A stretch of DNA of 64,000 bases from Octopus vulgaris (Eukaryota). The DNA is taken from NCBI GenBank assembly GCA_951406725.2, contig OX597817.1:172856001-172920000 (forward strand). Reading direction: 5' to 3'. The position numbers and the translations under genes are program-made. The notes under the pieces are model-generated. The model was not told the origin of the DNA. It saw only the letters and a program-made list of their open reading frames with translations, and did not search any database. Shown one piece after another: positions 50,586 through 64,000 of the stretch (its first letter is position 1; every line of letters starts with the position of its first letter).

Positions 50586-50812
50586 GTTTCTTATTTCTCT
50601 ACTGCCCACAAGGGGCTACACACAGAGGGGACAAACAAGGACAGACAAACGGATTAAGTCGATTATATCGATCCCAGTCGAGACTGATAGAACAAGTATT
50701 AGGTTTACAAAGAATAAGCTCTGGGGTCGATTTGCTCGACTATAAAGGCGGTGCTCCAGCATGGCCGCAGTCAAATGACTGAAACAAGTAAAAGCGTAAA
50801 AAGAGTAAAGAG
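50586..50812. mobile_element. fused SINE 3' ends in opposite orientation (family B minus 50586-50678, family A plus 50680-50812)
   Basis: Family B tail sequence switches at CCCAGTC to family A GAGACTGATAGAA...AAAAGAGTAAAGAG. Confidence 0.7.
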
Positions 50813-51844
50813 TATATCAGCTGGAACAAAACAGAGAATCAACGTTACCAAACAGAGAAACAATTCTGTTAACAATAATGAAACCAACATCAGAGACAAA
50901 ACATACAAAAGAATTAACGAGATAAATGGATATCATTTAAGAAAAAAATCACTAAGACGAATTGGTCCAACATTTTCTGACTGCAAGACAATGACATGAA
51001 ACTGAAACAGATTATGCCAATGACAAAAGATCTATGAATTAATTATGTCCAGTTTTCATAAAAGTGTTAATCCAAGATAATAATATTCTTATGAAATGAA
51101 GAACAAAGTTCTCAAATGAATTAAGCCTTAAGTAATTATATTTTGGTTGAAACACCCTGTTTTTGTTTCAATTAATTTTGAAAATAAAGAATTTAGTAAA
51201 ATAATTTTGTCATTATTTATCATTAATAGCATTTGTTATTAATATGAAATTTCAATATAAGGTTTTAATGAAATTTTGATGTAATGTTTTAATTTAGATT
51301 ACTTTAAAACAGGAAGTCTGTATCATAGAACTAAGGGTGAGCTCAGGCAATTTGGTTTCAAAAGGGGCTAAACACTGACAATGGACAAAACATTGATAAT
51401 GAAAAGGGACACTCCCAAAAATTGAAAATAAAGATAAACACTTTTGTAACTCTAGAGAGAAGTAAAGAAAACCTAGAAGACCCAAAAATTAACTCAAAAG
51501 AGTTCTTTAGATTTCAAAATAAACTGCTTCATTGCATTACTCAACAGAACCTTCATTTGAAGGAAATAGCTCATTTGAAACAGAGCCTTAAAACACAAGT
51601 GAATCACTAACTGAAAAACTCCAGGGGTATTTTCACTATTCTGCTGGTAATTAAACTTGCCACACGTGTAATAAACTTGATCTCAGCAATAGGCCTTCAT
51701 GGTTTTAAGAGAGTTCTAAAATGTAAAAAAGGCTCTAATCAAAAACTCAGATACTTTTCCAAGATGTTTTTAAAAGAGTAAATTCTTAAAAGAACTAAAA
51801 AAAAAAAGGCTCGTGTCTTATCTAAAAGAAATGAACAAATGCTA

Positions 51845-52287
51845 CATTGAAACTCCGATGTCTGGCAGCTGACTTAGCAGACACCCATAAAATTATTAAC
51901 CATCTTACTAACAATAACTCTGAGCACCTTTTCAAACTCCACCTGTCTAACACCCGTGGATATGTTTACGAAGTCAGAAAACAGCACAGCTCCCATGACT
52001 TTCAGAAATATTTTTTCATGCTAAAAGTTGCTGAAGCATGGAACAAACTACCAGCATCAGTTGTTAGTTGTCGGAGCACTGCATCCTTCAAAACTTCCAT
52101 GCTTCCTGAGATTCGCCAACACTACACCTGATTTTCTCCCCTCCATACACGCACGCAAGCAAGTATCTGACTCATACACTGTTCACTTCCCAGACATTTG
52201 TACATTACTGCATATGCTTTATATGCACTTTTGACAAGTTGTGGAGCACCTGAGCACTGTATACAATAATTTCATTATTATTATTAT
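51845..52287 (+). mobile_element. 3' end of a CR1-group LINE (ORF2 C-terminus, 3'UTR, (ATT)n tail)
   Basis: Translates as LKLRCLAADLADTHKII...SNTRGYVYEVRKQ...FFMLKVAEAWNKLPASVV...SFK, the typical CR1 TRGHxxKL...FFxxRVxxxWNxLP end. Confidence 0.8.
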
Positions 52288-52956
52288 AAAAATAAACCTG
52301 TTGTAGTCTTAAAGGAAAATATGTTCCTAAATGATATTGAGTCTGGTTTACAGTTCAGGTGGAAGTTGAGGCAACATTTTGAGTAGATGTTAAGGAAACT
52401 GATCAAGCAGTCACATACAAAAGCTATATACTTTATGAAGAGTTTCAAAAAAGCTTAGCTATGAGATAAGCCACAGCTACACTAAGAAACAATAAACAAT
52501 AAACAAGAAATAATAATAACAATAAGAAATTCAGAAACTGTATTGAGACAATGAGGTTGTTTGCAACTTTCAACCATTCATATGTGAATGTGGTATACCT
52601 AGAAAAGTAAGAGACAGATTGGATAATGACTTTTTAAAGGACAGAGGTCAAGTAGTGGCAGTCAATGGTGCTCTTTCAAAACAGACAACACTTTTAATGG
52701 AAACTGCCTTTGGGATATTATTGTTTGTAATAGAGCTTTTAGACAAAACTTCAGTTATTAGAACAATCACTCTTGCTAACTACAGAAATGGCACCAAATA
52801 TCAGAGGTGATCATATTTCGGATAATACTAAAAACATATAGGATGTATTCAATAAACATGAATGCTGATGAAACTGAAGTGCAATATGTTGGAAGGTTTC
52901 AGGCATTTTGGTATTAAGCCTCTAAAACATTACAACCTAAATATATAGGATCAAGG

Positions 52957-53212
52957 GTGGAGGCGCGTGGCTTAGTGGTTAGGGTGTCAGCGCCATGATT
53001 GTAAGATTGTGGTTTCGATTCCTGGACCGGGCAACGCATTGTGTTCTTGAGCAAAACACTTCATTTCACGTTGCCCCAGTTCACTCAGCTGGCAAAAAAT
53101 GAGTAACGCTGCGATGGACCGGCGTCCCGTCCAGCTGTGGAACACATACGCCATAGAAACCGGGAAACCCATGAGCCTGGCTAGGCTTTAAAAGAGCGCA
53201 TTTATTTATTTT
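52957..53212 (+). mobile_element. family C-type tRNA SINE with 15-bp TSD
   Basis: TATATAGGATCAAGG occurs at 52942-52956 and 53213-53227. A-box TGGCTTAGTGG, B-box GGTTTCGATTCC and a (TTTA)n tail. Confidence 0.88.
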
Positions 53213-54584
53213 TATATAGGATCAAGGAAAGATTGCAGTCCTTGAGTCAGAATCTGTATGAAAAGAAGGAAGTGTATTAAACATTATTACGTTGTATTAT
53301 GTGTGTATTATTACAATATCAACAACATGTGGGCAATAAGCAAGATGGATTTTAAGAACATTGAGAACAGTAGAACAAGAAACCATGTTGGTTATAGTGA
53401 AGACACTTGTTTTATATTGTCAGTTTTACTGCTTCCAACTATGGTCCTTTCATAGTGCCAACTTCACTAGAATCACTAGAATTAGTCCATTACTGAAGAT
53501 TGCTTTTACACAATAATTGCACTGCCAAGAGCAATTCAAAGATTTAAATCTCTATTCCCTTGATGGAAGTAAAGAAAGATAGACAGTAATTCACATAAGG
53601 TAAGCAATAAACTTTGGTTTCAGAAGCTGTAAAACTGTTGAACAAGTTCCACAGCAAAGTGTGAAAAGTTCCAGCCCTTCTAGGCTAGAAAGATATACAA
53701 TAGTCTGAGGTTCAAATAATACCAGATATTTGAAATATTCCTGTAATTTTGTCCAATGCTCGTATGTATGTATATATGTATATATGTACGTATATAATAG
53801 ACCATTATATAAATAAATAACGTGAAATACATGAAGGGACGAACAAAAAGACAAACAGGTCATTCAAGCCTTCATTCTTCAGTCAGAAACTGATCCTTCA
53901 TCGCTGATTTTGGCTGTTTAATTCTGAGATCCGCTCTGAATCAGCCAGCCACAGAAGGAAAGAATGAAACGCAACAGAGACGAACAGGAAACAAAAAATC
54001 TTTTTTGGGGGACAGTAACGATTAAAAACATAATTCGAATTGATTACTATTTCATTATTTTAAGTGTAATGCTCAAGAAAGCAAACCATTGAGTGTGTAT
54101 AACTATGTATGTATGTATGTATGTATGTATGTATGAATGGATGGAGAGACAGACAGACAGACAGACACACATGTATATTCATGTAAAAGAGATAACTAGA
54201 AGCCTTCTAACCAATTAGTACATTCTAAAAATGTTTTGGAAAAGTGGAGAAAGAAGAAGCTAAGTGCTGAGGAGGAGGAAACACTGCTAAGTCTTCAGAA
54301 AGTAGGTAACGTAAATAACTGTGTCAATCTTACGAGCCACATTAGTGCAAGAAATCCAAACAAACCCAGTGGTACTTTAGATAGTCTGCATCAACTGGTA
54401 ATGATGGAATATCCATGGGAGGGTCATGGCAATATATTACCTCCACCCGTTTAATACAGTAAATGAGTTAATTGCATTGCAATTAAAAACATTTATGCAT
54501 TAAAAATCTGGGTACTTTACCAACAGTATATTGGATAAATGCTATCACATAGTGGGTTACACCCATAACCCCTACCTTACTTTG

Positions 54585-54638
<54 letters not shown>

Positions 54639-54654
54639 TTATATGGAAATTGCA

Positions 54655-55011
54655 GATGTGTTACCAGTGCCGGTGGCATGTAAGAGAACTTTCCGTTTCG
54701 CGACCGCTGCCAGCACCGCCCCGTTTCGTGTCCGTTGCCAGCCTCGCCTGGCCCTCGTGCCGGTGGCACATAAGAAAACACCATCCGTTCGTGGCCGTTT
54801 GCCAGATCTGTCTGGCACCAGTGCGGGTGGCACGTAAAAAGCACCCACTACACTCACGGAGTGGTTGGCGTTAGGAAGGGCATCCAGCCGTAGAAACACT
54901 GCCAGATTTGACTGGGCCTGATGAAGCCTTCTGGCTTCACAGACCCCAGTTAAACCCTCCAACCCATGCTAGCATGGAAAACGGACGCTAAACGATGATG
55001 ATGATGATGAT
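54655..55011 (+). mobile_element. RTE 3'UTR-type short element with (GAT)n tail
   Basis: Homologous to 16455-16787. Confidence 0.85.
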
Positions 55012-55161
55012 ATTTATACATACATATATATATACTAGAAATGCGGAAAGCCGGTTTATGTGATAATCTTCGGTTTCTCGTCCATAAAGGGTTTAGCTTT
55101 ATGGCATATTGTCAGATTCCAAAACCTGTTGGCCCAAGACCTCTTAAGGATATAATATACA

Positions 55162-55556
55162 CTAGCAGTATCGCCCGGCGTTGCTCGGGTTTGTAAGGGA
55201 AATAACTATATAAGCATTTTTAGAGATGTAAAGTATAATAGCCATCTCAATATGGCTAACCACAAAGGGAGGTGTTACTGTAGCTTTTTACGTTCTGAGA
55301 TGTAATAATAAATTTTTAGAGAGTTACTTCCCTTATATATGCCAAAAATGCATTAAAAATGGAAAAAAATGATGGTAAGTTATTTTTAAAATCGTAGACT
55401 CATCGTAGACGCGCGCTAATACCCAGAAGGGCTCGATATTAATCACGACTATAAGATACCCGGTTTTGGTTAAACTGTACCGCAAAATGTGGGAGTAGTT
55501 AGGAATCTAAATCGTAGGAGACAGACAGCACACAACCTCACTTTTATATATAAAGA
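55162..55556 (-). mobile_element. non-autonomous Helitron-like element
   Basis: CTAGCAGTATCGCCCGGCGTTGCTCGGG is the reverse complement of the 3' end at 35347-35374. The 5' end reads TCTTTATATATAAAAG on the minus strand. Internal homology to 34860-35030. Confidence 0.8.
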
Positions 55557-55931
55557 TATATATACATATTCTTTTTTGTTTTACTTGTTTCAGTAATTTG
55601 ATTGTGGCCATGCTGGAGCTCCACATTGAAGGGTTTTAGTTGAACAAATCAATCCCGGGATTTATTTCTTTTTTTAAGCCACGTACTTGTTTTATTAGTG
55701 TCTTTGGCTGAACCGCTAAGTTGTAGGGACCTAGACATGGTGACACTGTTTGTCAAACAGTGATGGGGGGGGGGTGACAAACACAGACACACATGTATGA
55801 CAAGCTTCTTTCAGTTTCTGTCTACCAAATTCACTCACAAGGCTTTGGTTGGCCCAAGCTGCCATGCAGTGGAGCTGAACCCAGAACTATGCAGTTGAGA
55901 ACCAAGTTTCTTACCACACAACCATATTATA

Positions 55932-59060
<3,129 letters not shown>

Positions 59061-59085
59061 ATATATATATGTATATATATATATG

Positions 59086-59161
<76 letters not shown>

Positions 59162-59162
<1 letters not shown>

Positions 59163-59535
59163 TAATGTTTGTTTTTATGTTGTTATGAAAAAAATATTTA
59201 TGGATTTGTTTTGCAAGGTTCATGATGCGAAATTGTGTGTTGAATCGGATACTGTTACATTTGGGATTGGTCATTTGTTTTTGCTTTTTGCCAAATAACC
59301 ACACACAGTATTTACTCATTTTTCACTTCAGATTTATTATTATTCTTATTTTTGTGTGTTTTGCGTGAAATCTGAAGGAGAGTTGCTGAAGAGGTCACAG
59401 GATGTGTAATGAAAGATTTCAGACAAGGAACACTAAAATAAGAAAAATAAAGCTTGAAGTGAAAAATGAGTTTATAGTGTGTGTGTGGTTAATTGGCAAA
59501 AACGAAATAAAAGAAGACCATCTCAAATATAATAA
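59162..59535. mobile_element. degenerate Penelope-like foldback next to (TA)n, with eroded hammerhead core
   Basis: Imperfect inverted arms at ~59259-59373 and ~59414-59530. CTGAAGAGGTCACA...TGTG..GAAAGATTTC lies at 59386-59420. Confidence 0.55.
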
Positions 59536-60204
59536 TAATAAAAACAATTTCACGTTAATCTGATGGGCTACTCTATACACTTGTTAGACAGGTTACCACA
59601 GTGGCTTAGCACATATTTGGAGGTACTGCTCGCCTAGACAAGTCGGAGGACTACATCTTGTTCATGTGTTTCATTTTTGGTTTGGCTCCAATGGCTGTAT
59701 GCCCTCCCAGCACCAGCACCAGAGTTGTCATATCCCTGATAAAAGTAAAAGTTTCTCACAACCCTTTCGTGATACCAAGTAACCATGTCCTTAGCACAAT
59801 GAAAGGGTCCTCTCAACCCCACTTACCAACCACTTTACAGAGAGAGTAGCAAGGGTGACAGAGGCAAGAATGGTAGTGATATGTGACAAGAAGAATGTGT
59901 GATATGTGAATGAGTGACAAAGACAACTCATTTGGCCCCTAACAATTACCGTTACTCTAAAGAAAACTCAGGTGAGATCCACATCTGAAACTGTGCATGC
60001 TGTTGCAACTACAAACATCCTTGGCTGCATCCAAAGAAAGACCATGCAACTAACTGGCATAAAATTATTCAAATTTGCATCAGCCCTTGGCCCACAAATA
60101 TGCTGATTCTTCCCTCTCTCTCTCTCTCTGGCACTTCTATTGCCACTGTGATGGCCTCCACTCAATGGAGCCACCTGGTTGTGTACTATTTCCATTCAGG
60201 TTCT

Positions 60205-60597
60205 CTCTTTATCTTTCTTTTACTTGTTTCAGTCATTTGACTGCGGCCATGCTGGAGCACCGCCTTTAGTCGAGCAAATCGACCCCAGGACTTATTCTTT
60301 GTAAGCCTAGTACTTATTCTATAGGTCTTTTTTGCCGAACTGCTAAGTTACAGGGACGTAAACACACCAGCATCGGTTGTCAAGCGATGTTGGGGGACAA
60401 ACACATAAACACACACATAAATACATATATATTCATATGTATGACGGGCTTCTTTCAGTTTCCGTCTACCAAATCCACTCACAAGGTTTGGTCAGCCCGA
60501 GGCTATAGTAGAAGACACTTGCCCAAGGTGCCATGCAGTGGGATTGAACCCGGAACCATGTGGTTGGTAAGCAAGCTACTTACCACACAGCCTCTCC
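60205..60597 (-). mobile_element. family A SINE, full length
   Basis: Reverse-complement match to 5037-5446. Confidence 0.88.
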
Positions 60598-61251
60598 CGA
60601 ATTATTTGTTTCACTTTCTCTCATCACATATGTTGTGGTCAACCCTTTAAGCCCCACACAAGCTACTATGCCCAGTTGTTACTTCAGAGGACATTTGACT
60701 TCTGGAACTTCCTCTTCAAGTCTTGCCTGCTGGTGTTGACTTGTAGCATAAGCAAAACATTAACAGTATCAATCTCCCTAAGCTCAGAGAATCTGCAAAG
60801 GCAACAGACACTGCCCCATTCTCATGACTAAGCAAGTAATAAACCCCCACCCAACACAGAGAGATTGACAAACAGACAGATATAGATAGACAGATAGAGA
60901 AGCAGAGAGAAAAAGATAGATAGACACATATAGTTGTACAAATATTCATAATACTTGACATTGCAAGATATTCTCTTCTTCAGCTGTTGACTAGAGGTCA
61001 TAATGGTTTTGGCACTTTCTGACATCAACACACCATCTAACATGAATAAGCAGTGCTGCTACCAAGGAATATTTTCTAATATTGTGCATGTGTGTGAGCA
61101 TCGCCCCAAACAATACAAGTTGGTTAAGAACTTCACTCTTCAATCATGAGACTCCAGGTTTGAACACACAATGCAGCAGCTTGAGAATTCCAGTCTAAGA
61201 GAGGTTTGTGTATGTGCATGCATGTGTGTAGGCATATGTGTATGTGTGTTT

Positions 61252-61738
61252 GTTATTTCTTTACTGCCCACAAGGGGCTACACACAGAGGGGACAAACAA
61301 GGACAGACAAATGGATTATGTCAATTATATATGTATTTCTTTACTGCCCACAAGAGGCAAAACATAGAGGGGACAAACAAGGATAGACAAATGGATTATG
61401 TCAATTACATTGACCCAGTGCGAAACTGGTACTTTATTTATCAACCCCGAAAGGATGAAAGGCAAAGTCAACCTTGGCGGAATTTGAACTCAGAACGTAA
61501 TGACAGATGAAATACTGCTAAGCATTTCGCCTGGCGCGCTAATATTTCTGTCAGCTCGCTGCCTTATTATGTCAATTATATCGACTCCAGTGCATTACTG
61601 GTACTTATTTAATCGACCCCGAAAAGATGAAAGGTAAAGTCAACCTCGGCGGGTTTTGAACTCAGAACGTAATGGCAGACGAAATACCGTTAAGCATTTC
61701 ACCCGACGTGCTGACGATTCTGCCAGCTCACCACCTTA
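61252..61738 (-). mobile_element. nested family B SINE copies
   Basis: A family B copy is interrupted by a second one. The direct repeat ATTATGTCAATTATAT occurs at ~61315 and ~61566. Confidence 0.82.
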
Positions 61739-62863
61739 AATATGTGTATGTGTTTGTGCAAGTGCAAGTGTGTAAGTGTGTGTGTGCACGTATGTACACA
61801 TTTTGCATATGTATGAGTGTGAGTGTGTGTGGGGGTGTATCCCAGTGCACATCCATCTAAGGTGTATCCTTGGAACGAATAAGCTAGGAATAAGTATAAA
61901 CATTTACATCAACCGGGCCAGGAACAGCTAGAAATCTAAATGAGTCAAGATTTCAATGAGCTTGAACACAGCCAAATGTAAATAAAGTTAGATTTTCAGT
62001 TGGTTGCTATCTTGTCACAATTTATTTAGGATGAGAGATGACTAAGGTTACCTAAAGAACATCTAGAACATGATATTATAGCAACAATAATAATAAATAA
62101 TGTGAAACATGTCTGTACTGCAACGAAATTGCATTCAAGCAGAAAATGAAAAACAATCATTTTTATACCATGTTTTTTTTCTTTTAAAAAAATGTAATTT
62201 AATCAACTTCAGACTTCAGTAAGATTTAATAATTCAATATAAATATGTTTTCTAAATATACATACATACAAATGCACACATATATGTGGAAAGACATATG
62301 TGGCAGAAGGCCAAGGAAGACATGGAAAGAATTGCTTGAATCAAAGAGCAAGAAGTTGGGCATCGCAGACAAAACGACTAAGTCTTTGGAGAAGACAGAT
62401 GATATGCTGCAGTGCAGATTTATCCAATTCTGGCCGGCAGAGATAAAAATCTTAGAGATTATGTATTGCATAGAATATCATAAGTGGTCACACGATACAA
62501 GCATATCTGTATGTTAATAATATACAACGTTTATACGTTGATTCTTATAATCTCAATTGCTGCTGCTACTACTACTACTACGTGTGTGTATATCCATAAT
62601 CATAACCTACACTTTGCCATGCTTGCATAGGTCAAATGGAATTTGCTGAGGCAGATTTTCAAAGGTCAGATGTCATTCCTGTTGTAAGCCCTCGTCTATT
62701 TCCGAACAGGGGAATGTTTCCTAAGGGCCAGATATATTTTCTGCAGAATATTGGTAATGCAGTACACTGCTTTTTATGATGGTGACATTCATTTTACAAC
62801 CACTGAGTGATATCAAGAAAAGGGGACAGACACAAACACCTCCCCATCCTCCCGCCATTCATA

Positions 62864-62898
<35 letters not shown>

Positions 62899-62899
62899 T

Positions 62900-63259
62900 T
62901 AAGTAGGTGAATGAACTATCCTAGTATGCATAATTCGGTTAACCGATACCTGGGTAGCAAATTCACGTCAGAAAACACGGTTGAAGCTACATGCCAAGGG
63001 TAGAAATCCCATGTTCTCGTGTGGAAATTTGTGTGTTTTTTTTATCGATGAATAAATGAAAGAATGGAGTCGAACGACGATTTTAACAAAATTCCTTTAC
63101 TCTCGACATATGTTTCGAAGACTGCATATTCTTAATTCCGAAGGAATAAAGGGTGCATTATGCCGCCTTCTCATCAGGAAAGACAAGGAACCTATGTCAG
63201 CATCATGACGAACAAAAACTTTTAGATGACTGCCCACATGGTGTCCACAGTGATAATCT
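62900..63259 (-). mobile_element. Penelope-like pLTR fragment inserted in (TA)n
   Basis: (TA)n at 62861-62897 and 63260-63281. The minus-strand tail GTAGCTTCAACCGTG...TTTGCTACCCAGGTATCGGTTAA matches 17707-17763 (GTACCTCCAACCGTG...TTTGCTACTAAGGTATCGGTTAA). Confidence 0.8.
63094..63188 (-). ncRNA. type I hammerhead ribozyme motif with canonical GUC site
   Basis: On the minus strand: stem I CCTTGTCTTTC/GAGAGTAAAGG, core CTGATGA, stem II GAAGGCGGCATA/TATGCAGTCTTC, GAAA, palindromic stem III ACATATGT, and GUC at 63107-63105. Confidence 0.87.
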
Positions 63260-63620
63260 TATATATATATATATATATATAGTTGAAAAGGGGTTAGGTA
63301 TTCATATACAAACCAAAAGTAAAAACACGGAAGTATGTTTAAAGATACTTCTTATTGTCTTTTAATAGGACAGGATAAGTCTTTTTATGTTTGTTACTTT
63401 AAGCAACTTTTCTAAAAATATTTCTGGTTTTGATGTGTATGTACATCTTATCAAATATTAAAAATTCAAAGTCAAAGATTAGGAAATAAGAACATGTTCT
63501 TAACTACACACAGAATATGAGAACAAACTGTTTTAATTTCCTGACTTTTTCTAATTTCCTAATCTTTGACTTTGAATATTTAATATTTGGTAAGATGGAC
63601 ATATACGTCAAAACCAGTAA

Positions 63621-64000
63621 TCTCTCTCTATATAAACGGCAGTTTGTCTGTGCGTTTTCTGTGTGTCTGTTTTCTCGTACCCTCACTCTGACCACGGCTT
63701 TCAACCGATTCTGATGAAACTTGACACACACATAGCCCAATGTCATAATTCAAAACTAACGCAGCGAAAATTTTGAAAAGTTCCCCCAGTTCTGAAAAAA
63801 TCGATAAATTCGACATGGGGTCGAGAATCAGAAACCCAAACCACAGACCGTCTAGGGGACGCAACTCCACCTTTTTAACTCTCAAAAAAAATTTACCATA
63901 ATTTTTTTTCCATTTTTTTTCTATTTTTTGGCTATAACTCTCTAAAAATGCTTTATAGTTATTTCCCTTACAAACCTGAGCAACGCCGAGCGATACTGCT
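63621..64000 (+). mobile_element. non-autonomous Helitron-like element, cut by the window edge just before the expected terminal AG
   Basis: Starts A|TCTCTCTCTATATAAACGGCAG. The 5' part is homologous to 2728-2460 and the 3' part to 35305-35372. Confidence 0.8.

Overview
This is AT-rich, repeat-dense animal genomic DNA, not prokaryotic. The SINE/LINE repertoire looks like Octopus or another coleoid cephalopod, judged from memory and not database-confirmed. The only host gene I can support is on the minus strand: three GT-AG exons (34448-34343, 13336-13114, 8202-8094) splice in phase into a complete C2A domain of an MCTP (multiple C2 and transmembrane domain) protein, across introns of ~21 kb and ~4.9 kb. 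The rest is intronic or upstream repeat. It includes several tRNA-derived SINE families, RTE and CR1-group LINE pieces (one with an uninterrupted ~860-codon ORF inserted in (TA)n), non-autonomous Helitrons (one a head-to-tail dimer), Tc1/mariner, hAT and piggyBac-like remnants, a ~40-copy 52-bp minisatellite and many microsatellites. The most notable signal is a set of Penelope-like terminal-repeat elements carrying type I hammerhead ribozyme motifs. One is a near-perfect 162-bp-arm palindrome with a hammerhead on each strand (17325-17658). A divergent relative has a canonical GUC hammerhead (63094-63188). A TSD-bounded foldback has a core with an apparent compensatory G3-C8 swap (11606-11934). 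A decayed Penelope RT-thumb/GIY-YIG ORF is also present (~48590-49475). Hammerheads in Penelope-like elements are a known class, and the activity and novelty of these copies are untested. All alignments and counts were done by eye.
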